Shown here: piece by piece, positions 33,243 through 43,183 of the stretch
How positions within the stretch are numbered: position 1 is the stretch's first letter
How the letters are laid out: each line of letters begins with the position of its first letter
Translations under genes and position numbers: made by a program
Assembly: GCA_963804955.1 (NCBI GenBank)
Contig: CAWDSQ010000005.1
Coordinates: forward strand, 128,001 to 192,000
Direction: 5' to 3'
Length of the DNA stretch: 64,000 nt
Source of the DNA: an uncultured delta proteobacterium
Lineage (GTDB): Bacteria > Desulfobacterota > WTBG01 > CAIYCZ01 > CAIRTM01
The notes under the pieces: generated by a model
The model's input: only the letters and a program-made list of their open reading frames with translations
The model's database searches: none
Told to the model about the DNA's origin: nothing

Positions 33243-34020
33243 ATGAGCTTTGAACCGAAAATCCTTGGCATCCTGTGCAACTGGTGCGCCTACGCAGGAG
33301 GTGATCTGGCCGGTGTATCGCGGCTCCAGTATCCGCCCAATATGCGGGTGGTGCGCGTCATGTGCAGCGGCAGGGTTGAGCCCTCGTTCATAATGCAGGC
33401 GCTCATCGACGGCTGCGACGGCGTCTGGGTGGGTGGCTGACACCCGGGCGAATGTCATTACCAGTCTGGTAATTGCGAAGCAGTCAATATGATAAACGTT
33501 GTTAAAAGGATACTGCGCCATAGTGCAGTAAATCCTGAACGTGTGCTCCTTGAATGGGTGTCGGCTGCCGAGGCAGTGCGCTTTGCCGAGGTGGTCACAT
33601 CCTTTACCGGTAAAATCCGTGAGCTTGGCCCATTGAGTGATGACGCGAAGCAGAACACCGAGGCCCAACAGCTTAAATTGCATGCTGCACTAAATGCCTC
33701 AAACAGCGAAAAGCTTCGCTGGGTTGCTGCCAAGCAGACCGAGTTCATGAAAGACGGCAACAGGTACGGTGAGGTTTTTACAGCTCATGAAACCGGCCGT
33801 TTTCTTGACGGCGTGATCATCGAGGAGATGATCATTCAGCAGATACTGCTGCTTCTGCAGCAGGAAGCCCTGTCAGTGGTGGAGATAGCCAAAAAGCTTG
33901 CGGTGACGCCGCAGTCAATATTTACCTATATAGTGAGTCTGGGGCGGAAAAAAATGGTCGAGGATTGCCCATATTCGCGACCGCGACCCCTTATACACAT
34001 TGAGCAAACAGGCAGCTTAG
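33243..34020 (+). CDS. mvhD: selenocysteine-containing MvhD with C-terminal helical/HTH extension (BamF-like; UGA 33438-33440; frameshift near 33960)
   Basis: VGG-UGA-HPGECHY aligns with SGCHPGDCHY of flxD; the frame continues into ORF 33489; tail LSVVEIAKKLAVTPQSIFTYI is HTH-like; likely end ...LYTLSKQAA* at 34020. Confidence 0.88.
33457..33473 (+). promoter_or_regulatory. bacterial SECIS-like hairpin
   Basis: ATTACCA-GTC-TGGTAAT perfect stem; G-first loop 23 nt after the UGA. Confidence 0.75.
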
Positions 34021-34035
34021 CAGGATATAAAAATC

Positions 34036-35670
34036 GTGGCAGCAAAGAAAGTATTAGTCATAGGAAGCGACTCCGCAGGCCTTCAGTCCGCCCTGGAGCT
34101 TGCCAATGCCGGCAATGAGGTGTATCTGGTTGACCATTCACCCGGCATCGGCGGTGAAGGGCTCGGCGCAAGTCATGATGCCGGTTTTTCCTCTTCGCGC
34201 TGGCAGGAGGTAAAGAGCCATAAAAATATACGGCTTATCGGCAATGTTGCCTTTGATGATATCAAGAAAGACAATGGCGGCTTCAGGGTTAAGCTCAGAA
34301 AAACAGCCGCGCGCATCATCGAAGAAAAGTGCGACAGCTGCGGCGAGTGCATCAAGGTCTGCCCCGTGCACCTCTGGGACGACTGCAGCGCAGGCCTTGC
34401 CCTGCGCACCGGTATCGATTTTTTCAACACCGAAACAAAAGCATACAATCTCATTAAAGAGCGGCCGATCTGCGAGGAAACCTGCCCGGTGCATCTGGAT
34501 GTGCGCGGCTATGTAGGACTGATTGCCGACGGCAGTTTCAAGGAAGCCTTCGAGCTGATCAGGCAGCGGATTATTTTTCCCGCAACACTGGGAAGGGTCT
34601 GTCCGCATCCATGCGAGGAAAAATGCAACCGGACCTATAAGGACAAGCCCCTGTGCATCAGAGACCTGAAGCGCTTTGCAGCAGACTTCGGTGATGAAGA
34701 CGCCATTCCCAAAATCCATCCTAACGGCAAAAAAGTGGCCGTCATAGGCGCAGGGCCTGCAGGCCTTGCCTGCGCCTATGATCTGGCTTGCGCCGGCTAC
34801 GGGGTCACGATCTTTGAAGCGCTTCCTGTTGCAGGCGGCATGCTTGCAGTTGGTATTCCAAAGTACCGCCTCCCGCGCGATATACTCAACCGGGAAATTG
34901 ATTATGTGAAACAGCTGGGCGTTGAAATAAAAACCGGTGTGCGCATCGGCGCAGACATTGCTTTTGAGGATCTTTTCAAGCAGGGCTATCAGGCGGCCTT
35001 CATTGCCGTAGGGTCCCACAGGGATCAAAAGCTGAAAATCCCCAACGAAGAGGCTGACGGTGTTGTTTCCGGCATAGAATTTCTGCGCGATGCCGCTCTT
35101 GGCAATCCCGTGAAGCTGGGCAAACGCGTCGCCATACTCGGAGGCGGCAATGTTGCCATGGATGCAGCCCGTACATCCCTTCGGCTCGGCGCGCAGGAGG
35201 TAATCATCCTCTACCGCAGAACCCGCGATGAAATGCCTGCCATCCCCGAGGAGATAGAGGCTTCGCTGCATGAAGGCATTAAAATTGAATACCTTGTGGC
35301 GCCGCTGGAGGTTCTGGTTCAAAACGGAAAAGTTGCCGGGCTGAAATGCAACCGCATGGCCCTTGGCGAGCCTGATGCATCGGGCAGGCGCCGGCCCGTG
35401 CCGATTGAGGGTTCGGAATTCGAGCTGGCCCTTGATACGGTAATACCTGCCATCGGCCAGGCCTCGGATATCTCGTTTCTGCCGCAGGACAGCGGCATTG
35501 CCGCAACCACCTGGGGCACTATTATTGCCGATCCGAAAACCTGCGCCACCAGCAGGGCCGGCGTATTTGCCGGCGGAGACTGCGTGACCGGGCCATGGAT
35601 TGCCGTGGGAGCGGTTGCCGCAGGCAAAGACGGAGCAGCAGCAATTCATCAGTATCTTCAAGAGAAATAG
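34036..35670 (+). CDS. degenerate HdrA N-terminus + ferredoxin + GltD/NfnB-like FAD/NAD(P)H oxidoreductase (N-half of a split HdrL)
   Basis: VIGSDSAG (degenerate Rossmann motif), CDSCGECIKVCP, GRVCPHPCE, IGAGPAG, GGGNVA..YRRT, FAGGD. Confidence 0.85.
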   Translation: MAAKKVLVIGSDSAGLQSALELANAGNEVYLVDHSPGIGGEGLGASHDAGFSSSRWQEVKSHKNIRLIGNVAFDDIKKDNGGFRVKLRKTAARIIEEKCDSCGECIKVCPVHLWDDCSAGLALRTGIDFFNTETKAYNLIKERPICEETCPVHLDVRGYVGLIADGSFKEAFELIRQRIIFPATLGRVCPHPCEEKCNRTYKDKPLCIRDLKRFAADFGDEDAIPKIHPNGKKVAVIGAGPAGLACAYDLACAGYGVTIFEALPVAGGMLAVGIPKYRLPRDILNREIDYVKQLGVEIKTGVRIGADIAFEDLFKQGYQAAFIAVGSHRDQKLKIPNEEADGVVSGIEFLRDAALGNPVKLGKRVAILGGGNVAMDAARTSLRLGAQEVIILYRRTRDEMPAIPEEIEASLHEGIKIEYLVAPLEVLVQNGKVAGLKCNRMALGEPDASGRRRPVPIEGSEFELALDTVIPAIGQASDISFLPQDSGIAATTWGTIIADPKTCATSRAGVFAGGDCVTGPWIAVGAVAAGKDGAAAIHQYLQEK

Positions 35671-35678
35671 GAAACAGT

Positions 35679-36460
35679 ATGCCGGAGCAAGCAGGACGCT
35701 ATATAATTAATTATACCGATATCCCGGCAGAGCGGCAGCGCATGCCAGAGCTCGAGGTGGCCGCCCGGATACAGAGCTTTGACGAAGTCGAGGTCGGCTT
35801 CAGCCGGGAGGCTGCCCAGCAGGAAGCCCGCCGCTGCCTCAGCTGCAGAAGGTGCCTCGGGTGCGGGCTTTGCCTTGCCGTATGCAAGCCCAGGGCAATA
35901 GTGTTTGAGCAGCAGGATGACATTATTGACATCACATTTGATGATGTCGTTATCTCCTCTACTGCAGATGAGCAGATGCCAATCAAAAAAGGCGAATTCG
36001 GCTACCGGCAGTATGCCAATGTCGTGAGCGGTCTTGAGTTTGAAAAAATCCTGTCGAGCGACGGCCCCTATGGCGGCATGGTGCTGCGGCCCTTCGACGG
36101 ACGTATTCCTCAAAAAATCGCCTTTATTATTGCCGAGCAGACGCAAGCGGCAGCATGGCCTATAGTATGAATCAGGCAGCTCTGCTGCTTGAGAAAGTGA
36201 AAGACGCCGGAATCTTTGTATTTTGTCCTGAAGGCCAGTGTGCTGCAGAGTCTTCCGGCCCGCATATCACATTAAAAAAAGCGGCCATAGCCGGTGTCAA
36301 AGAAAATGCGGAAAGCGGTAATATCCTCATCGCGTATACGGAAAACGGCGGTGCGCAGGAAGAGGATTTTTGCATGGTGGTAGTTGTGCGCCCGCCTGAA
36401 CCCTCCCGGGCGATACAGGAAATTTGCAGCAAATTCGGCAAGAAGCCCTTAGCCTTATAG
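35679..36460 (+). CDS. ferredoxin + truncated HdrA-core fragment (C-half of a split HdrL; frameshift near 36150)
   Basis: EARRCLSCRRCLGCGLCLAVC, YANVVSGLEFEKILSSDGPYGG..RP.D...P.KIAFI; lacks the CxGSR/YCSxVCC motifs. Confidence 0.7.
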
Positions 36461-36591
36461 GTTTCTCCGGTTATTGATGCAAGGGGGGGGGCTGGCATCA
36501 GGACGTAATTTTTACCATTGCAGAAAAGCGGGTGCTCTGGTATTTTTTTAAACAATTCGGCAACAAAAACAAAACACGTATTGGAGGAACT

Positions 36592-37360
36592 ATGAAGCAA
36601 AGAGCGGTAGTATTTTTGGCGGCATGCGCCGTACTGTTTTCAGCGGCGCCGGTATGCGCCTTGACCCCGGGAACCTGTGCTGACTGGGAAGGGAAATGGG
36701 TTTTTTCCTATGATAATGAAAGCAACAACGACAATATAACAATAACCTCTGTCTGCTCAAAGCCGACGCCTGTCATCTGCCACTCCTGCCTGCATGCCTA
36801 CAGGGTCCGTGCAGGACTCTTGGCTGTGCGTTGCAAGAGGCTATAAAGGCAATGAATCAGACAATCAAAGCGTTCAGATCCGCCAGATTTCCATGGATAC
36901 CAGCCACTTTGCTTATTATGAGGCAACGGATGCAGAAATTCTTGCCGGTGGCCAAAACACGCCCTATGACCTCATTGCCAACGATAATTATACTAAGTGC
37001 GAGTTTATTACCAACGGAGCCAATTTCGGCCTTCTTTCGGGCGAAAAGGATAATTGCACTGATAATGATACACCCCCCGTGGATAACTGTACGCTGGAGA
37101 GAATCATCCCCGGCAGGATCAGCACGCTGGCGGCCATTATTCAGCCCATTATGCCTTTTGTTATTATCGGCAGCGGAGACCCCGCATTCGAGAGGGGCGA
37201 CAGGGCTGCTTTCGACAGCGATGCGATCAAGCCCCTGATTCAGCTGCGTATCGGCAACAAAATTATCATTGCTATTTGCCTGGTGCGTCCGTTTAAACTA
37301 ACCTCCGGCGAGGTGGAGGTTTCCGTAGGCGACTGCTTTGGATCGATAACGGTCAAGTAA
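36592..37360 (+). CDS. secreted Cys-containing hypothetical protein (frameshift near 36785)
   Basis: GGAGG RBS; signal peptide MKQRAVVFLAACAVLFSAAPVCA; continues in ORF 36794. Confidence 0.6.
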
Positions 37361-37405
37361 AGGTGCTCATCATCCTGCTCTGATCGTACTGAAACGCTAT
37401 GTTCT

Positions 37406-37439
37406 AAAAGGCCTGATGCCCGGCATCAGGCCTTTTTTT
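37406..37439 (+). terminator. intrinsic terminator
   Basis: AGGCCTGATGCC/GGCATCAGGCCT stem followed by a T tract. Confidence 0.85.
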
Positions 37440-37497
37440 CTTTCAGAAGCCCCCCGATATATGCTATAAAAATGTAGACAAGAAAGGGGGATTGCAT

Positions 37498-37767
37498 ATG
37501 GCCATTAGCGGAAGTCCTAAAATGCTTGCAGGGGATATTGCCAAGGGGGTCACCAGCCTCACGGTGTCAAATATCAAGCAGTATACCCCGGCGGATCTCA
37601 AGACGATCATGGTCAATATCGGCATTGTCCAGCGGGAAATACGGGGCGAGCAGGTCCCTATTGACGACGTGATGGCAGTGAAGGCAAAAAACCAGAAGCT
37701 GCAGCGCCTGAATCAGGCCGTTTCCACCATATCGAGCTATGCAAAGCAGCGACGCATACCCTTGTAA
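37498..37767 (+). CDS. small hypothetical protein
   Basis: GGGGGA RBS; clean 89-aa ORF with coiled-coil-like C-terminus. Confidence 0.65.
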   Translation: MAISGSPKMLAGDIAKGVTSLTVSNIKQYTPADLKTIMVNIGIVQREIRGEQVPIDDVMAVKAKNQKLQRLNQAVSTISSYAKQRRIPL

Positions 37768-37886
37768 ATCAAAGCTGTACCCATGGCGTTTTCCTTGACA
37801 ATTTTTCGAAAATCCATGTAGACTATATCGATTACAAATAACTTTAAAAAGCTATAGTGCATGTTTTGCATGAAAGGAGTTACAGC

Positions 37887-39441
37887 ATGGGCTTGATCAC
37901 GGAGAAAATTGATGCATTGGTTGCAGAAAAGAGAAAAAGTACAAAAGATGGGCGGCGCCAAAGGCATTGAAAGCCAGAAGTCGAAAGGCAAAATGACAGC
38001 GCGCGAGCGCCTCAACCACCTGTTTGACCCCGGCACGTTTCAGGAAGTTGACATGTTCGTGCAGCACCGCTGCGGCTATTTCGATATGCCCGAGACCGAC
38101 ATCCCCGCCGATGCCGTCATAACGGGCTACGGCAAAGTGAATGGCCGGACCGTGTATGCCTACGCCCAGGACTTTACTGCCCGAGGCGGCACGCTCGGTG
38201 AAATGCATGCCAAGAAAATCACCAAGGTGATGGATCTTGCCATGAAGGCCGGCGCCCCCTGCGTGGGCCTCAATGACTCGGGCGGCGCCCGCATTCAGGA
38301 GGGCATCGATGCTCTGTTCGGCTTCGGTGAAATATTTTTCCGTAACTCTGCCGCATCAGGTGTTATTCCCCAGATTACCTGCATCATGGGCCCGACGGCA
38401 GGCGGCGCAGTGTACTCCCCTGCCATGACCGACTGGATCTTCATGGTGAAGAATTCCAGCTACATGTACATAACCGGACCCGAAGTCATTAAATCGGTGA
38501 CCGGCGAAGAAACCGACCATGAAGGCCTGGGCGGCGCCATCGTGCATAATACGAAAAGCGGCGTGGCGCAGTTTGCCGCTGAAAGCGATGCTCATGCCCT
38601 TGATATGATCAAGGAGCTGCTTTCCTATCTTCCGTCAAACAATATGGAAGATGCTCCCCGTGTCGATACCGGCGACAGCCCCGACCGGGAATGCGCCGAA
38701 CTCAACACGCTTATTCCCGACAACCAGAATCAGCCCTATGATATCAAGCAGGTTATCGCCAGCATCGTTGACAACGGCGTGTTTTTCGAGCCCCACGAAC
38801 ATTTCGCTCAGAATATTGTCGTCTGCTTCGCCCGCCTCAACGGCGATGTGATCGGCATCATCGCCAACCAGCCCATGGTCATGGGCGGCGCCCTTGATGT
38901 CCATGCATCGGATAAAGCCTCGCGCTTCATTCGCTTCTGCGATGCTTTCAATATCCCGCTGCTCACTCTTGTGGATGTGCCCGGCTACTTGCCCGGCACG
39001 GATCAGGAGTGGAACGGCATCATTCGTCACGGCGCAAAACTCCTGTGGAGCTACTCCGAGGCAACGGTGCCCAAGATGACGCTCATTACCCGCAAGGCCT
39101 ATGGCGGCGCCTATATCGCCATGTGCTCCAAGCACCTGGGCGCAGATTTTGTGTATGCCTGGCCGTCAGCCGAGATCGCGGTCATGGGCGCCGAAGGGGC
39201 TGCAAATATCATTCACCGCGCGCAGATCAAGGCAGCCGAAGATCCCAAGGCAAAGCGCAAGGAAAAGATCGACGAGTATCGCGACCTTTTCAACAATCCC
39301 TATATTGCTGCGGCGCGAGGCTATGTCGATGCGGTGCTGGTGCCGGCTGAAACCCGCAAGGTGCTCATCAGCGCACTGGACGCCATGCGCAACAAGCGCG
39401 AACACCGCCCGGCAAAAAAGCACGGAAATATTCCCGTGTAA
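37887..39441 (+). CDS. acyl-CoA carboxylase/methylmalonyl-CoA decarboxylase carboxyltransferase subunit (5' frameshift near 37920)
   Basis: AAGGAG RBS with ATG at 37887; GKMTARER, DSGGARIQEG, GPTAGGAVYSP, RKAYGGAY, KKHGNIP. Confidence 0.92.
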
Positions 39442-39458
39442 GGCAAACCTGTGCATGC

Positions 39459-39492
39459 AAAAAGCCCCGCGGATTTCCGCGGGGCTTTTTTT
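39459..39492 (+). terminator. intrinsic terminator
   Basis: GCCCCGCGGA-TT-TCCGCGGGGC stem followed by a T tract. Confidence 0.85.
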
Positions 39493-39581
39493 ATTGAAAG
39501 AAGCGTTCCTTGTCCTGTCTAGTGTTTTAGATCATTTAACTACATACTCCAGGACATACAGTTCTCTGTCATCTCTCTCAA

Positions 39582-39732
39582 GAGACTGTTTCGCAATACA
39601 AATAAATGTCATTCTGAGGAGCTGCAGGCGACGAAGAATCTCGTTCTTTTATTAAAACCATGTACTTTTAAAACGGCTGAGATCCTTCGTTTCACTCAGG
39701 ATGACAGCACTATTTAATTGCGACCCAGCCTC
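39582..39732. mobile_element. MITE-like element with internal REP-like doublet
   Basis: Inverted ends GAGACTGTTTCGCAAT / ATTGCGACCCAGCCTC; interior resembles the reverse complement of 5937-6010. Confidence 0.6.
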
Positions 39733-40023
39733 CTGGACAGGGGAGGCTGGGTGGGGTGGATAAAAAATAAATTATGACAGAGTACTAGGATATAAAGTTG
39801 TCTGTCATCTCGACCAAAGGGAGAGATCTTATAGTCTGCAAGAGGACTCTGCCGGGGTGGACGCTGTTTTTCTGCCGAGGGGAACAGTATAATGCGGTCG
39901 ATGGCGCGCATAGATATTCTGTCCATACAAGGGGCGTTTACGATTCTGAAGTGAAAGGTGAACGGCTGCATCGTAGAGTTGTCCGTAAGACTGTTCAACA
40001 CTGATTCGTCTCTATGTATTTCA

Positions 40024-40062
40024 AGCCTCCAGCGGGTGTACAACCGGCGGGAGGCTTTTTTA
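40024..40062 (+). terminator. intrinsic terminator with no obvious upstream CDS
   Basis: AAGCCTCC...GGAGGCTT stem followed by a T tract. Confidence 0.7.
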
Positions 40063-40191
40063 TAGGAAGGCTGCGCCGGGCGCAGATGCGGGGCATTCAT
40101 TATTTCTTGCTTCTCATCTTTCCGGCATTGTATTACTATTTCCGGAATATTCTGCAGACCCCGAACTGAACCTTAACAGACTGGATGCCCC

Positions 40192-42993
40192 ATGACAGGT
40201 CAAACCGCCAGAAAAATACTGCTTATCGGCTGGGACGCGGCAGACTGGAAGATAATCAATCCGCTGCTGGATGCCGGGAAAATGCCCAACCTGGAGCAGC
40301 TGGTGGAGCGGGGCGTCATGGGCAATCTCAGCACGCTCTACCCGGAGCTGTCGCCCATGCTCTGGACATCGATAGCCACAGGCAAGCGGCCTTTCAATCA
40401 TGGCATTCACGGTTTTACCGAGCCCGACCCCGACGGGCAGGGCGTGCGGCCTGTGACCAATCTGTCGCGCACGACCAAAGCCCTGTGGAATATCCTGTCG
40501 CAAAACGACATCAAGTGCAATGTCATCGGGTGGTGGCCGTCGCATCCGGCAGAGCCGATCAATGGCGTTATGGTTTCAAACCACTATCAGCGCATAGCCG
40601 GTAAAATCGATGAGCCCTGGCCCGTGATGCGCGGCGCCGTGCACCCGGTGCGCATCACCGATAATCTTGCGCGCCTGCGCGTGCACCCGCAGCAACTCGA
40701 CGGCGGGCATATTCAGCCTTTTGTTCCGGACATCAGCGGTATTGATCAGGAGAAGGACCACCGGCTGGAGACGCTTGCAAAAATAATTTGTGAAACGCTC
40801 ACCATTCGCAATGCGGCCCTGGCCATCATGCATCATGAGCCCTGGCGGTTTACGGGCGTGTATTTCGACGGCATCGATCATTTCGGCCATGCCTTCATGC
40901 GCTATAATCCGCCCCGGCAGCCCTGGGTGGATGAAAAGGATTTTGAGACATACTCTCATGTCGTTGAAAGCGGCTATATCCTGCACGATATCATACTGGG
41001 GGCTCTGCTTGAAGAAGCAGGCAGGGATACGACCGTTATCATCGTCTCAGATCACGGTTTTCACTCAGACCATCTGCGGCCCCGCCATATCCCGCATGAG
41101 CCGGCAGGACCTGCTGCTCAGCACCGGCCCTACGGCATTTTCGTGATGGCGGGCCCGGGCATAAAACAAGATGAACTGATTCACGGGGCTTCGCTGCTGG
41201 ACGTCTGCCCCACGGTGCTCACGCTGCTGGGTTTGCCGGTGGGCGAAGACATGGACGGCAAGCCTCTTGTGCAGGCCTTTGAAAATCCGCCTGCGGTGTC
41301 GGCCATACCGAGCTGGGACGCGGTTGCAGGCCCTGCGGGCATGCATTCATCAGAAAAGCGTATTGACCCGGTTGAGGCGCAGGAGGCCATACAGCAGCTC
41401 GTAGCGCTGGGGTATATTGAAAAACCTCCAGAGAACAAACAGCAGGCCATTGACCAGTGCGTTCGTGAGCTCAACTATAACCTGGCCCGCGCTTATATGG
41501 ATGCCTCCCGGCACGCCGAGGCTGCGGCCCTGCTGGAGGCACTGCTTGAAAAATGGCCTCATGAGTACCGCTTCGGCATACATCTGGTGAGCTGCCTGCA
41601 GGCCCTTGACAAAAGGCTCGAAGCCCGGCGCGTGCTGGAGGACCTGTTGTCGCGCAAGCAGAAAAACGCCAGGGAAGCTCTGCCTAAATTGAAGGAGCTG
41701 CGCGAGAAGCTCGGCGACAAAACATTCGAGGATATGACTGAAAAGGAAAAAGAGGACATACAGAAACTGCAGACGGCAGCTTCGCAGAACCCGTATGCCA
41801 TGGAATATCTCATGGGCCGCCTGCTGTTTGGCGAGGGCAGGCTGAAAGAATCACTTGAGCATCTGCTCAATGCTGCTCGGGCCGATACCGGCCAGCCGGG
41901 CCTGTATGCCCAGATCGGTGAAGTATATCTGCGGCAGAGGCGGTTTTTCGACGCCAATGAAAGTTTCGGAAAGGCACTGGAGCTTGACCCCGATCATGCT
42001 CCATCGCATCTGGGGCGCTGCCGCAGCCTGCTGGGGCTTAAAAGCAATTTCGAGGCTGTTGACGAAGCGCTGGAATCCATCGGGCTCAACTATCACAGCC
42101 CGGTGAGCCATTTTCTGCTGGCCGTGGCCCTGCACCGGCTCGGACGGCTTGAGGAAGCCATCAAGGCCCTGCAGGTTGCCGTGCAGCAGAACCCGAATTT
42201 TCCGGCAGCCTACCGGCGCATGGCCTTTATCTACCGCCGCGGTTTGAAAGACCCGGACAAGGCAGCCGAGTGCCGCCGTCTGGCCACCGGGGCGGTGCAG
42301 CGCATACGCGACAGCAAGCATATCCCGGCGGCAGACCTGCGGCCGCATCCGGGTGCAGGCGGTGAAGAGCAGGGCGCAACCGGGGCGGGTATTCCATCGC
42401 CTGTGGAAGGGCCGGTTGATCGCAGGGAGATCATAACCATCGTGTCCGGTCTTCCGCGATCAGGAACATCCATGCTCATGCAGATGCTTGCCGCAGGCGG
42501 GCTTGCGCCTTTTTCCGATGGAGAGCGAACAGCAGACGAGGATAATCCCAAAGGCTATTATGAGCATGAAAAAGTTAAGGCCCTTGCCCGGGACAATACC
42601 TGGCTCGGCGAGGCTAAAGGCGCAAGCATTAAGATCGTGTCGCCGCTTCTGAAATTTCTGCCGCCCGGGCTTGCCTGCCGCATCATATTCATAGACCGTA
42701 ATCTTGACGAGGTTGTCCGTTCGCAGCGTGTCATGATAGAGCGGCAGAGCGGCACAGGGGCCAGGCTCACCGATGAGCGCCTCAAGGAGGCATTTCGCAA
42801 ACAGGTGGAAACGGCAAAAATTCACATGGCGCGCAGCCATATGCAGGTGCTGTATCTCAGCTATGATCTGTGCGTGGAGCATGCTGCTGAAGCAGCCCGG
42901 CAGGTAAACGCTTTTCTCGGCGGCGGTCTGGATGAGGCTGCCATGGCCGCAGCGGTCGATGCGGGCCTCAAGCGCCAGAAGGCAACAGCATAA
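40192..42993 (+). CDS. alkaline phosphatase/NPP-superfamily + TPR + sulfotransferase-domain fusion
   Basis: IGWDAADW, LSPMLWTSIATG, VSDHGF; TPR repeats; VSGLPRSGTSMLMQML PAPS-binding loop. Confidence 0.85.
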   Translation: MTGQTARKILLIGWDAADWKIINPLLDAGKMPNLEQLVERGVMGNLSTLYPELSPMLWTSIATGKRPFNHGIHGFTEPDPDGQGVRPVTNLSRTTKALWNILSQNDIKCNVIGWWPSHPAEPINGVMVSNHYQRIAGKIDEPWPVMRGAVHPVRITDNLARLRVHPQQLDGGHIQPFVPDISGIDQEKDHRLETLAKIICETLTIRNAALAIMHHEPWRFTGVYFDGIDHFGHAFMRYNPPRQPWVDEKDFETYSHVVESGYILHDIILGALLEEAGRDTTVIIVSDHGFHSDHLRPRHIPHEPAGPAAQHRPYGIFVMAGPGIKQDELIHGASLLDVCPTVLTLLGLPVGEDMDGKPLVQAFENPPAVSAIPSWDAVAGPAGMHSSEKRIDPVEAQEAIQQLVALGYIEKPPENKQQAIDQCVRELNYNLARAYMDASRHAEAAALLEALLEKWPHEYRFGIHLVSCLQALDKRLEARRVLEDLLSRKQKNAREALPKLKELREKLGDKTFEDMTEKEKEDIQKLQTAASQNPYAMEYLMGRLLFGEGRLKESLEHLLNAARADTGQPGLYAQIGEVYLRQRRFFDANESFGKALELDPDHAPSHLGRCRSLLGLKSNFEAVDEALESIGLNYHSPVSHFLLAVALHRLGRLEEAIKALQVAVQQNPNFPAAYRRMAFIYRRGLKDPDKAAECRRLATGAVQRIRDSKHIPAADLRPHPGAGGEEQGATGAGIPSPVEGPVDRREIITIVSGLPRSGTSMLMQMLAAGGLAPFSDGERTADEDNPKGYYEHEKVKALARDNTWLGEAKGASIKIVSPLLKFLPPGLACRIIFIDRNLDEVVRSQRVMIERQSGTGARLTDERLKEAFRKQVETAKIHMARSHMQVLYLSYDLCVEHAAEAARQVNAFLGGGLDEAAMAAAVDAGLKRQKATA

Positions 42994-43183
42994 AGCTCAG
43001 CCCTGAGAATCCAATGCTTTCGTTGTTGAGGCAGGCCCCGCCTGTCAGGCAAAGGGTCGTTTCTATAGCGGCTTCTGTGACGAGGATGCGCATTGCAGTA
43101 ATTTTCCAACGAGCATATGCGTCAATGCTTGTTTTGTTGAGCCCATGCGGCGCAGCGTTCAGCCTCACCCCGGCCAAGGGATT

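Noticed and set aside
35668..35670. TAG as pyrrolysine/readthrough joining the two split-HdrL ORFs
   Set aside because: The downstream ORF is in a different frame and has its own RBS.
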